Of a DNA stretch of 64,000 nt, positions 30,781 to 39,433 are shown one piece after another. The position numbers and the translations under genes are program-made. Each line of letters opens with the position of its first letter. Positions within the stretch are counted from its first letter, which is position 1. Under the pieces are notes generated by a model. That model ran no database searches. It was not told where the DNA came from and worked only from the letters and a program-made list of their open reading frames with translations. The stretch is taken from positions 124,001 through 188,000 of the IMG/VR virus record IMGVR_UViG_3300042319_002138, one strand, 5' to 3'.

Positions 30781-31095
30781 ATGGCAAATTTTTCAGGATT
30801 AACAACACAAAGAGAAGAAATTATTAAAAAGTGGATGGACTCTGGGTTGTTAGATTGTTTAGACACTAATAATGAAACAAAAATAAATATAGCCTCATTA
30901 CTTGAGGGTCAGACATCACAGTTAATTAATGAAGTGGATGAAGTACCTAGCACTGGTGGTTTTGATACTATAGTGTTCCCAATAGTAAGAAGGATTTATC
31001 CTAGAACATTATTTCAAGACTTACAGTCACATTACGTGGAATTTAAAAAAGATGGTTTAACACCATATAATTACGTTAAAAAACATAAATTATGA
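30781..31095 (+). CDS. gp23 N-terminal fragment protein with C-terminal tag
   Basis: KKWMDSGLLDCL..NIASLLEGQ..LINE..FDTIVFPIVRRIYP. Ends PYNYVKKHKL. Confidence 0.75.
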   Translation: MANFSGLTTQREEIIKKWMDSGLLDCLDTNNETKINIASLLEGQTSQLINEVDEVPSTGGFDTIVFPIVRRIYPRTLFQDLQSHYVEFKKDGLTPYNYVKKHKL

Positions 31096-31313
31096 CAATA
31101 GGGGATAAAGTAAAATATGAGAATTCTTTTTCAGATACTATGATAGGTACTATAGTTAGTAAAGAACAACCTACTTGTAAATGTAAAGGAATGGGTAAAT
31201 GGGTTATTGACTTTAGTGGTGAAATTAAAAAAATAAAAATAAGTGATGAAAGATTAAGTCTATATAATATAGAACCAACTATGACTAATTTAAATTTTAA
31301 TTTTGGAAAATAA
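31092..31313 (+). CDS. small hypothetical protein (SH3/KOW-like start), possible degenerate tag
   Basis: Starts IGDKVKY. Ends PTMTNLNFNFGK, with the same P...F-x-F spacing as the tag. Confidence 0.5.
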   Translation: MTIGDKVKYENSFSDTMIGTIVSKEQPTCKCKGMGKWVIDFSGEIKKIKISDERLSLYNIEPTMTNLNFNFGK

Positions 31314-31704
31314 TAAAAAATATCCTGATAATATTGTCTTTAATGAAAAGACAGATAAATTTGATGCTAACCTAAAGCATTACCCAACAACGGTGGGTGC
31401 TCAAAAGTTTGAAATTTTACAGATAGATAAATCAGATGCAATAAAGGCTGATAAATATTTTAATAAAAAATTAGAAGAATTAAAGGAAGAGTATGATAAG
31501 TTGCTGAATGAGTATGAGTCAACCAAGTTATTATACAACACCAAATATTCATTTCAACCTATATTAGGTGAGATTTATTATATCTATAAGAATAATAATG
31601 ATGAAAACTTTTTAAGTATCATAAAACCTAATGAATGGAATAAACCATGTTATGGTAGTTATAAACTAAATACTAATGGAACATGGGAAGAGATAGAGTA
31701 TTAA
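31303..31704 (+). CDS. DUF2452-like protein
   Basis: YSFQPILGEIYYIYK..FLSIIKPNEW..GSYKL..GTW resembles DUF2452 of Bacteroidota and their phages. TTG start. Confidence 0.6.
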   Translation: MENNKKYPDNIVFNEKTDKFDANLKHYPTTVGAQKFEILQIDKSDAIKADKYFNKKLEELKEEYDKLLNEYESTKLLYNTKYSFQPILGEIYYIYKNNNDENFLSIIKPNEWNKPCYGSYKLNTNGTWEEIEY

Positions 31705-31711
31705 TAATAAT

Positions 31712-32302
31712 ATGAATAGAAATTTAACCCTACAAGAAAAAATAGTAAAATTAACCACAAATAGTTTTCATAACATAGATAATAACATAAGACAAGGTGA
31801 ACAAATTACTCGTGAAAACTATGAAACTTTAAGAGAACAAATAATTGGTCTTTTGGAATATCTTGAAAATGAAAAGGTATATGTTTTAGATTTACCAGGT
31901 AATATAATACCACACCCTGAAGCTAGAAGAAGGATGGTAGACCCTGAGTTAGCTAACACACCAACAACAAAAACTTTAGTAGTTGGTACTCAAAATTTTA
32001 ATACTTTTTATGATTTAGTTATAAAAATAATGGAAGATTTAAGTAGTAATAAAGAAGTTTTTATATACACAATAGACACCGTTAGGATATTCAACCCGAT
32101 AAATTTTGAACCTGATTATAGATACATAGTTAGATATAGTACTATCGATATGGATTATTGGTATAACCCACAATACGTAGAACAAATAAATAACCCTATA
32201 CAACCTGAACAATATTTTGAAAGGTATTCAAATACAAGAACAGATGAAAAATCTAATAAACCAAAATCTATTGGTGATAGTAAATTGATACACAAATTTT
32301 AA
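31712..32302 (+). CDS. hypothetical protein with gp23 C-terminal-like segment and degenerate tag
   Basis: IFNPINFEPDYRYIVRY resembles DPxNFxP...RY. Ends KLIHKF. Confidence 0.55.
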   Translation: MNRNLTLQEKIVKLTTNSFHNIDNNIRQGEQITRENYETLREQIIGLLEYLENEKVYVLDLPGNIIPHPEARRRMVDPELANTPTTKTLVVGTQNFNTFYDLVIKIMEDLSSNKEVFIYTIDTVRIFNPINFEPDYRYIVRYSTIDMDYWYNPQYVEQINNPIQPEQYFERYSNTRTDEKSNKPKSIGDSKLIHKF

Positions 32303-32892
32303 TGGAACTACCTAAAGATTTAAAAGATGAAATATGGGAATACTGTAGATTAAACGATATAACCGATTTGAATGCTTTTATGGTTAGGATGTTAAAACAA
32401 GGTTACAATATTGAAAAATATGGTGCCACCCCTTTTAAAATGGGGCAAAAAGAACCTGAAATTATTGAAAAAGAAATCATCAGGGAAGTGATTGTAGAAA
32501 AAGAGGTGATTAAAGAGGTTATTGTCGAAAAAGAGAAGATTGTTGAGGTAATTAAAGAAGTCCCTGTTGAGGTTATAAAAGAAATAATCGTAGAAAAAAT
32601 TGGTGGTATTACTGAAAATAGAGTGGAAGTACCTGTTGAAGTAATAAAAGAAGTTATTAAAGAGGTTATAGTAGAAAAAATTGTTGAGGTGCCAATTAAA
32701 AACGATAAACAATTTAAAGAATTAGAACAACAAGTTGAAAACCTTAAAATAGAGTTAGAGTTGGAAAAAAATAGAAACTATAAACCAACTAAAACAGAAA
32801 AACCAAAAGAAGAAAATTCAAAAACACCAACTAGCAACGTTATTAGTTGGATATCCAAATCTGAAAGGGATACTGATTTATATGGAGAGTAA
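32302..32892 (+). CDS. protein with EVIKEV/EVPVEV low-complexity repeats
   Basis: Central (E-V/I-I/P-K/V-E-K/V)n repeat followed by a coiled-coil. Confidence 0.7.
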   Translation: MELPKDLKDEIWEYCRLNDITDLNAFMVRMLKQGYNIEKYGATPFKMGQKEPEIIEKEIIREVIVEKEVIKEVIVEKEKIVEVIKEVPVEVIKEIIVEKIGGITENRVEVPVEVIKEVIKEVIVEKIVEVPIKNDKQFKELEQQVENLKIELELEKNRNYKPTKTEKPKEENSKTPTSNVISWISKSERDTDLYGE

Positions 32893-32946
32893 ACAAGTCT
32901 TTATTTAATCAAAAATTTAAAGTATATTTTTATAAATTAAAGAAAT

Positions 32947-35325
32947 ATGGAAAACTTGGTAAAAGAAGTTAAAACTGTTGTGCCTGAAAAGGCTAAAATC
33001 AGAGTTATATGGGATGATAGTCCAGAAAATTACACCCAGGAACGTGCAAAAAGAATTGCTAAATACTTTACTGAGAAATATAACAACCCTAATGTACAGG
33101 TTATTTTTAAACCTAAAAAAGTACTCACTGAAAATGGTGAAGTAGAAATGACCGTTGCTGATAATGTAATGGATACTAATTATCAAAGAAAGTTATTTAA
33201 ACAATGGATTACTGATAATAAAGTAGATGTTGATTGGGATAGACTCTTACGTTTAGATGATAAAGTAAACGAAAAATTATCACAAGAAAGAGAAACAGAT
33301 TATAGATATCGTAATTGGTATATAAAGGAGTTAGAGTGGTCTAATTTCCTTTCTTATGGTGATGGTAATAAAATCTCTTTTAAAGAGTTAGAGGGTATTA
33401 CAGTGATTACTTCAGACCCGTTAAATATGGGTGGTAAAACAACTCTTGCTTTAGATTTACTTTTATTCCTTTTCTTTAATACCACCACAAAAGGTAGTAC
33501 CGCAATTAAAATGTTTAATCTTTTTAGAGAAGATAAAAATGAAGTAGTTGTTAAGGGTAAAGTTGCTATTGATGGTGTAGATTATATCATCGAGAGAACT
33601 GTTGTACGTAAAGCTAAAAGGACTGGTGATGAGTATACCACTAGAACAGACTTATCTTTCTATAGAACCTTACCTGATGGTAGTATTGAAAACTTAGAAG
33701 GTGAACAAAGAAGAGAAACAGAAGAATTTATAAAAAAATCGGTTGGTTCAGTGAATGATTTTTTATTAACAATTATTGCTGATGCCGACAATCTTGAGGA
33801 CATCATTCACACCAAACCGACTGAAAAAGGGCGAATCCTATCTAGATTTATTGGATTAGAAGTTATTGAAGACAAAGAAACTATTGTCAAAGAAATGAAA
33901 TCTAATTGGTCAAAAGGATTAAAATCAGACCAATACAATATTACAGACTTAAATTCTGAGATTGGTGAACTAAAAAGTTTAATTTCTGAAAATGAAAACT
34001 CGATTAAAGAAAATGAATTAGAAATTAAATCCCTAGAACTTAATATTGAGTCTTCCACAGTCAAAAAAGAAAATTTAATTGGTAAAAAAATAGAGATAGA
34101 TTCTGATGTTATTAATTTAAGACCCGAAGATATTGATAATGAAATTGATAGAATCGAATTGTACGGTAAGAAGAAAAAGAGTGAGTATGAGGATACTAAA
34201 AAATCTTTTGATTCTATGACAGAACCAGTTTATGATGAAGATTTACATGAGGAATATGTAAAACAAGAACGAGGATTTAGTTTAGAAGTAGAGAGAGCTA
34301 AATCTAAAATAAAGGAAACTCAAAAAACAATTAAAAATTTAGAAGAGGGTGAGTTCTGTTCTTTATGTAAACAACCTTTAGCTGATGTAGACCATTCAGA
34401 TGAAATTGAGGAAAATAAAGTATTATTAGATACTTTGGGTAGTGATTTATTGTCTTTATCCGAAAAATTAGTTGAGATTACAAATCTAGTTAAAGAACAA
34501 GATAACATTAAATCTTCTGTTTGGGAATACGATAGAACTTCTTTAACGGTTTCTAAACTAGAATTGGATTTAGAAAAATTAAGATTAGAAAGAAAAGAAA
34601 AATTAGACCTTAAAAAACGTTATGAAGATAATCTAGACAATATCCAAAAAAATAAAGATTTGGAGAGTCAGATAATAGGTTATAATTCTAAAATAAGTGG
34701 ATTAGAATTGGAAAAAACTAATAAAATTAAATTAGGTGAAAGATTATCTAATGAAATTGAAACTTATAAAACAAAGATAAATAAGAACGAGGAATACATT
34801 AAAACTATTAAAGCAGAAGAAGAAATTAAAATAATTTTTGATGTTTATGCTAGAATGGTTGGTAAAAATGGTATCCTTAAAATAATAATGAGAAGTGTTA
34901 TGCCTTTAATTAACTCAGAATTGGATAGATTACTAGTAGATACGGCATCATTTAAATTAGAAGTGGATATTAACGATAAGAAAGAAGTTGAATTTTTAAT
35001 AGTAAAAGAAAACGAAAAAGGTGAGGCTATCAAATACCCTATTAATGAAGGTAGTGGATTTGAAAAAACAGTGTCATCATTAGCTTTACGTTGTGTAATG
35101 TCAAAAGTCAGTTGTCTACCAAAACCTAACATAATTGTTTTTGATGAGGTTTTTGGAAAGGTTGCTAACACTAATTTAGAGTTAGTTGGAAACTTCTTTC
35201 AGAAATGTTCAGAAATGTTCCCTAACATTTTTATTATAACACATAATGAAATTGTTAAAGATTGGGCGACTAAAATAATAACAATTAAAAAGAAAAATAA
35301 CATATCATCATTAATGGTACAATAA
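32947..35325 (+). CDS. SbcC/Rad50-like (T4 gp46-like) ABC ATPase with N-terminal extension
   Basis: NFLSYG, NMGGKTT (Walker A), CSLC zinc hook in the coiled coil, GSGFEK signature, IVFDEVFG (Walker B) and IITH. Confidence 0.92.
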   Translation: MENLVKEVKTVVPEKAKIRVIWDDSPENYTQERAKRIAKYFTEKYNNPNVQVIFKPKKVLTENGEVEMTVADNVMDTNYQRKLFKQWITDNKVDVDWDRLLRLDDKVNEKLSQERETDYRYRNWYIKELEWSNFLSYGDGNKISFKELEGITVITSDPLNMGGKTTLALDLLLFLFFNTTTKGSTAIKMFNLFREDKNEVVVKGKVAIDGVDYIIERTVVRKAKRTGDEYTTRTDLSFYRTLPDGSIENLEGEQRRETEEFIKKSVGSVNDFLLTIIADADNLEDIIHTKPTEKGRILSRFIGLEVIEDKETIVKEMKSNWSKGLKSDQYNITDLNSEIGELKSLISENENSIKENELEIKSLELNIESSTVKKENLIGKKIEIDSDVINLRPEDIDNEIDRIELYGKKKKSEYEDTKKSFDSMTEPVYDEDLHEEYVKQERGFSLEVERAKSKIKETQKTIKNLEEGEFCSLCKQPLADVDHSDEIEENKVLLDTLGSDLLSLSEKLVEITNLVKEQDNIKSSVWEYDRTSLTVSKLELDLEKLRLERKEKLDLKKRYEDNLDNIQKNKDLESQIIGYNSKISGLELEKTNKIKLGERLSNEIETYKTKINKNEEYIKTIKAEEEIKIIFDVYARMVGKNGILKIIMRSVMPLINSELDRLLVDTASFKLEVDINDKKEVEFLIVKENEKGEAIKYPINEGSGFEKTVSSLALRCVMSKVSCLPKPNIIVFDEVFGKVANTNLELVGNFFQKCSEMFPNIFIITHNEIVKDWATKIITIKKKNNISSLMVQ

Positions 35326-35333
35326 TTTTTTAG

Positions 35334-35356
35334 TATCTTTGTTGGTATATATTTAT
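35334..35356 (+). promoter_or_regulatory. tandem promoter elements TATCTTTG and ATATTTAT
   Basis: Host-type element at 35334-35341 and late-type element at 35349-35356, upstream of ATG 35371. Confidence 0.5.
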
Positions 35357-35370
35357 AAATAAAAGAAGTT

Positions 35371-35820
35371 ATGGATGCAAGATATATGATTGTTATCCTA
35401 GGTTCCTATAAAGGAATTGAGGAAGATTTAAACAACATAGCTAACGGTGAGGATGGTGTTAATTATGTCGATGGTAACGGTATATTTATGGGTACTTTTT
35501 ATAGTGTTTATAATACTATAGAGATATACGAAAACTTAGTTCATATACCAGCTTTTTTATTGTTTGAGATATCTGACCCCTCACATAGTGCTATAAGTCT
35601 ACCAACGAAATATCTAAAGGGTTTGTTTCCTGAGATTGAAAAAACGTTAAACGAACTTACAGGTGAACCTAAAGTCAAAACTAGAAGAAAAGGTAAGAAA
35701 AAGGTTGAGGTTGAGGAATACAATAATGTTGATGATATTTTGGATAAACTTAGTAGAAACAACTATGATAGAGGCTGTTTGACAGAGAGTGAAATTGAAA
35801 TTTTAGAAAAAAGTTCTTAA
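35371..35820 (+). CDS. hypothetical protein
   Basis: 149 aa. C-terminal VDDILDKLS......LTESEIEILE resembles a DUF6576-like motif. Confidence 0.55.
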   Translation: MDARYMIVILGSYKGIEEDLNNIANGEDGVNYVDGNGIFMGTFYSVYNTIEIYENLVHIPAFLLFEISDPSHSAISLPTKYLKGLFPEIEKTLNELTGEPKVKTRRKGKKKVEVEEYNNVDDILDKLSRNNYDRGCLTESEIEILEKSS

Positions 35821-35847
35821 TTTTTTGATTTTTAAAAAAGTATTCAT

Positions 35848-35855
35848 TATATTTG
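35848..35855 (+). promoter_or_regulatory. Bacteroidota-type -7 element
   Basis: TATATTTG upstream of ATG 35866. Confidence 0.55.
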
Positions 35856-35865
35856 TAAAAAAATT

Positions 35866-36060
35866 ATGAATATGGAAAGTAAGGAATTAAAAAATGAAAT
35901 GAATAAATTACGTCAAGTAAAAGACGTAGTTTTCAAAAATGAGGTTAACAATAATTGTGTTTCTACTCTCAGTGAGATTGAAAAATTAATCAAAAAATAC
36001 CCTAACGATTACGACTTGGGTCAAAATTTAAGAAAATTTTATTTGGAATCGATTAAATAA
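35866..36060 (+). CDS. small hypothetical protein
   Basis: 64 aa, contains KKYPNDYDLGQNLRK. Confidence 0.55.
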   Translation: MNMESKELKNEMNKLRQVKDVVFKNEVNNNCVSTLSEIEKLIKKYPNDYDLGQNLRKFYLESIK

Positions 36061-36064
36061 TTAT

Positions 36065-36072
36065 TATCTTTG
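36065..36072 (+). promoter_or_regulatory. Bacteroidota-type -7 element
   Basis: TATCTTTG, 6 nt upstream of ATG 36079. Confidence 0.55.
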
Positions 36073-36078
36073 TATTTA

Positions 36079-36492
36079 ATGGATAGGGAAAAATACACTA
36101 AGATATTAAAAACGGGTGAACGGGTAGATTGGCACGGCGCTAATGTGCCCAATGAACTAATAACTAGTTCAGTTAGACTTTGGTCTGACGCGTTATCACA
36201 TGAAATAGACAAAATTGAGAGTGAGTTAGACGACTTAAAAGGTGTTTCTTTAGATAAACGTAAAGCTTATTTACAATCATTAAAAAACAATTTAAAAGAT
36301 TGTCCTTATACTTTGAATGGTGATTTCTACCTCATCAAAAAAAGAGCTATTGAGAAAGAAATGGCTGAAGATAAAAAAGTAGAGAAACCTAAAAAAACAA
36401 AAGAAAAGGTAGTTAAAGAGACAACCAAAAAAGAAATAGTTAGTTCTAGAACTAAAAACAGTGATTTAATATTCGGTAAAAAAACAAAATAA
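36079..36492 (+). CDS. hypothetical protein
   Basis: Probable start at ATG 36079, since the listed TTG lies inside the promoter element. Confidence 0.55.
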   Translation: MDREKYTKILKTGERVDWHGANVPNELITSSVRLWSDALSHEIDKIESELDDLKGVSLDKRKAYLQSLKNNLKDCPYTLNGDFYLIKKRAIEKEMAEDKKVEKPKKTKEKVVKETTKKEIVSSRTKNSDLIFGKKTK

Positions 36493-36496
36493 ATAT

Positions 36497-37312
36497 ATGG
36501 TATCATACAAACGTTACATTGACACAACAGAGGACTCTATTTCTAACTATTTAAAAGAGGTTAGAAAGATTGATTTGGTAACACCCGAAGAAGAGTTGGA
36601 GTTAGCTAAAAAAATTGCTGAGGGGGACAAAAGGGCATTAGATAAATTGGTTAAAGCTAATCTTAGATTTGTTATCTCAATAGCTAAAGAATATCAAGGA
36701 CAAGGGATTCCTTTGGTAGATTTGATTTCTGAAGGTAACTACGGATTGATAAAAGCTGCAGGTAAATTTGACCATACAAGAGGTTTTAGGTTTATTTCTT
36801 ATGCTGTTTGGTGGGTTAAGCAATCGATTCTACAATCTTTGTGTGAAAATTCAAGAACAGTAAGACTTCCTGTTAATATCACAAACCAGTTATCAAAAAT
36901 TAAAAAAGAGATTGCTGTCTTCGAACAAGAAAATCAAAGAATGCCAATCAACGGTGAGATGGATTTATCTGTACTAAATCACCCTACATGTACTTCATTG
37001 AATGATAAAATAAATGAAGAAGGTGATGAGATTATGGACTTAATTCCTGATTTAACATTTGCTAGACCTGACGAGGACACTATGTCTGATGAAATCTTAA
37101 AAAACGAATTGGAAAAAACTTTATCAATTTTAAGTGATAGAGAAAGAAAAATTGTTGACATGTATTTTGGTGTTGATGGTGGTGCTTTAACTCTTGAACA
37201 AATTGGTGATGAGTTTGGTCTTACAAAAGAACGTATTCGTCAGATTAAAGAAAAGGCTTTAAGAAAGTTGAAGAATAATAGTGAAAATCTTTTTGAATTT
37301 GTACAAAAGTAA
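36497..37312 (+). CDS. RNA polymerase sigma-70 factor (RpoD/SigA-like, no region 1.1)
   Basis: YLKEV, ANLRFVISIAKEY, DLISEGNYGLIKAA, FISYAVWW, RTVRLP and LTLEQIG..GLTKERIRQI. Confidence 0.95.
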   Translation: MVSYKRYIDTTEDSISNYLKEVRKIDLVTPEEELELAKKIAEGDKRALDKLVKANLRFVISIAKEYQGQGIPLVDLISEGNYGLIKAAGKFDHTRGFRFISYAVWWVKQSILQSLCENSRTVRLPVNITNQLSKIKKEIAVFEQENQRMPINGEMDLSVLNHPTCTSLNDKINEEGDEIMDLIPDLTFARPDEDTMSDEILKNELEKTLSILSDRERKIVDMYFGVDGGALTLEQIGDEFGLTKERIRQIKEKALRKLKNNSENLFEFVQK

Positions 37313-38037
37313 TGAAAATAGTTGTTTTTACAGGGGCAGGAGTTTCTAAGGAATCAGGTATTGATACATTCAGAGATGCTGGTGGTACATGGGAAAATGA
37401 AGATGTTGAAGCTGTTGCCACACCTGAAGGTTGGAGAAAAGACAGAGAAAGAGTATTGGATTTTTACAACAAAAGAAGGCAACAGTTACTTGGTGTCGAA
37501 CCCAATGAGGCACATAAACTTATTGCTGAATTAGAAAAAGAACATGAGGTAACCGTTATCACACAAAATGTAGATAATTTACATGAACGTGGGGGTTCTA
37601 CAAACATCTTACATTTACATGGTGAGTTAACTAAAGCACAGAGTAGTTTAAACCATAAGAAAGTTATTGATGTTGGTTATAAACCAACTAATATTGGTGA
37701 CAAACATGAAGACGGTTCACAATTAAGACCACACATTGTTTGGTTTAATGAGTACCCCAATAATATAAATGAATCTGTAATAGCTCTTAGAAATTGTGAT
37801 GTTTTATTAGTTATTGGCACCACATTATTTATAAGTTATACACTTGGTCTATTGAGGTCTTGTAAAGATTTACATAACCCTAATATGGGGGTGATAGACG
37901 TTGTTTGCATCGACCCCAACCCTCCTAAAGGTGAACTAGATGGTATGTTTAGAGATGTTAATTATATTGAAAAACCTGCCACTGAGGGTATGAAAGAATT
38001 TATTGAAAATTATTTGCCTAAATTTATTGCTAATTAA
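37312..38037 (+). CDS. cobB: NAD-dependent deacylase, sirtuin (CobB-like)
   Basis: FTGAGVSKESGIDTFRD, ITQNVDNLHE, LHGEL, RPHIVWF and IGT. Confidence 0.9.
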   Translation: MKIVVFTGAGVSKESGIDTFRDAGGTWENEDVEAVATPEGWRKDRERVLDFYNKRRQQLLGVEPNEAHKLIAELEKEHEVTVITQNVDNLHERGGSTNILHLHGELTKAQSSLNHKKVIDVGYKPTNIGDKHEDGSQLRPHIVWFNEYPNNINESVIALRNCDVLLVIGTTLFISYTLGLLRSCKDLHNPNMGVIDVVCIDPNPPKGELDGMFRDVNYIEKPATEGMKEFIENYLPKFIAN

Positions 38038-38048
38038 AATAATACCCT

Positions 38049-38056
38049 TATATTTG
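38049..38056 (+). promoter_or_regulatory. Bacteroidota-type -7 element
   Basis: TATATTTG with no credible ORF before the next terminator. Confidence 0.55.
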
Positions 38057-38060
38057 TATT

Positions 38061-38142
38061 ATAGATAAGGAAATAAATTAAATGTTCTTATTGTCAGAAT
38101 ACATTAAGAACAGCCACGGTCAGAACACCGTGGTTTTTTTTT
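38061..38142 (+). ncRNA. candidate small RNA with two hairpins carrying CAGAA(T/C) loops
   Basis: TGTTCTTA(38083-90)/TAAGAACA(38105-12) with loop CAGAAT. GCCACGGT/ACCGTGGT with loop CAGAAC plus a T-tract, which doubles as the terminator. Confidence 0.5.
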
Positions 38143-38195
38143 GCATAAAATTTTTTTTATACTTTATTCTTGCATATTTATTAATAAAAAAGTAA

Positions 38196-38618
38196 ATGAG
38201 TGTAAAGTATATTATCGACAACGCCGACAGTTTATTATCAGAACAAATAATAACGGGTGATTTATTAGTGACTAACATAATATCAGGAGCAACCTTTTAT
38301 GGTGATGGTTCTGGTTTAATTGGTGTTAGTGGTTCTTTTACTGGTGGTACTGTAACAGGACCTACTGAGTTTACAAGTGGTTTATCAGCTGACACAATTT
38401 ACGCCAATTATTTTATTGGGGACGGTTCTCAGTTAGCTGGGGTAGTTGGTCTTACTTATACCGATTTAGGGTTTACAGTAACATCACCGGCACCCTCAAC
38501 TATAAATCAAAATGTAGTTTTACCTTATAATTCAACAGTAACTTATCCAACACCTTTAACAGTTGACCCAGGTTTTTCTGTTACAGTACCATCTGGAACA
38601 ACATTATCAGTAATCTAA
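38196..38618 (+). CDS. tail-fibre-like/decoration protein
   Basis: FYGDGSGL and FIGDGSQL repeats typical of fibre shafts. Preceded by ATATTTAT at 38174. Confidence 0.55.
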   Translation: MSVKYIIDNADSLLSEQIITGDLLVTNIISGATFYGDGSGLIGVSGSFTGGTVTGPTEFTSGLSADTIYANYFIGDGSQLAGVVGLTYTDLGFTVTSPAPSTINQNVVLPYNSTVTYPTPLTVDPGFSVTVPSGTTLSVI

Positions 38619-38663
38619 TATATAAAATAATAATAAAATAATAATAAAATAAAAAAAAACAAA

Positions 38664-39410
38664 ATGAGTCAAATTAATGTAAATACAATAAATTCAGCTG
38701 GAGACCCAAGTATATCAATAAGTGTTCCGTTTAGATATTCATCATCAGTAGCTACAGGTGGTAGTTCTTCAGCTATAGGAAGTTCTGTTACAGCAACAGG
38801 TTCTGGTTCACATGCTGAAGGATGGCAAACTTTAGCTTCAGGAAATTTTGGTTCACATGCTGAGGGGTATCAAACTTCAGCAACAACACAATCATCACAC
38901 ACTGAGGGTTCACAAACTTTAGCTTCAGGAAATAACGCACACGCTGAAGGGGAACAAACTATAGCTTCTGGTGCTTCTTCACACGCTGAAGGGGAGGATA
39001 GTGTAGCTTCAGGTACTTCTTCACACGCTGAAGGTAAAACTACAATAGCATCGGGAAATTATTCACATTCACAAGGATACCAAACAACAGCGGGAGGTGA
39101 TTACTCACACGCGAGTGGTTCTGCTACTATTGCTAGTAATACATCTTCATTTATTCATTGTAATTCTGGTACTGTTGATGCTATTGCTGGAGCCGTTTTG
39201 GGTGGTACAAGTAATATTTTAACTAATACAGCTACAAATAGTGCTATTATAGGTGGTAATAATATTACAGGGTCAACATCAAACACAGTTTATGTACCAG
39301 AACTAGAAGTGACATCAGTTGGTTTTGGTATAATATTACAATCTTCTAATGGTACTAGATATAGAGTAACAGTATCGAATGGTGGTGCATTGACTGTAAC
39401 AGCAGCATAA
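38664..39410 (+). CDS. fibre protein with YadA-head-like beta-roll repeats
   Basis: About eight 14-aa repeats SHAEG..T.ASG.., and C-terminal ILQSSNGTRYRVTVSNGGAL. Confidence 0.7.
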   Translation: MSQINVNTINSAGDPSISISVPFRYSSSVATGGSSSAIGSSVTATGSGSHAEGWQTLASGNFGSHAEGYQTSATTQSSHTEGSQTLASGNNAHAEGEQTIASGASSHAEGEDSVASGTSSHAEGKTTIASGNYSHSQGYQTTAGGDYSHASGSATIASNTSSFIHCNSGTVDAIAGAVLGGTSNILTNTATNSAIIGGNNITGSTSNTVYVPELEVTSVGFGIILQSSNGTRYRVTVSNGGALTVTAA

Positions 39411-39433
39411 AATTTATTAATAAAAAGAAAATT

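Noticed and set aside
37312-38037. Sir2-type defence NADase (Thoeris/DSR-like)
   Set aside because: Motifs match classic CobB-type protein deacylases, with no partner genes or extra domains.
38082-38198. 38-aa ORF (MFLLSEYIKNSHG...) across the twin-hairpin element
   Set aside because: Runs through the terminator poly-T and the next promoter. No coding features.
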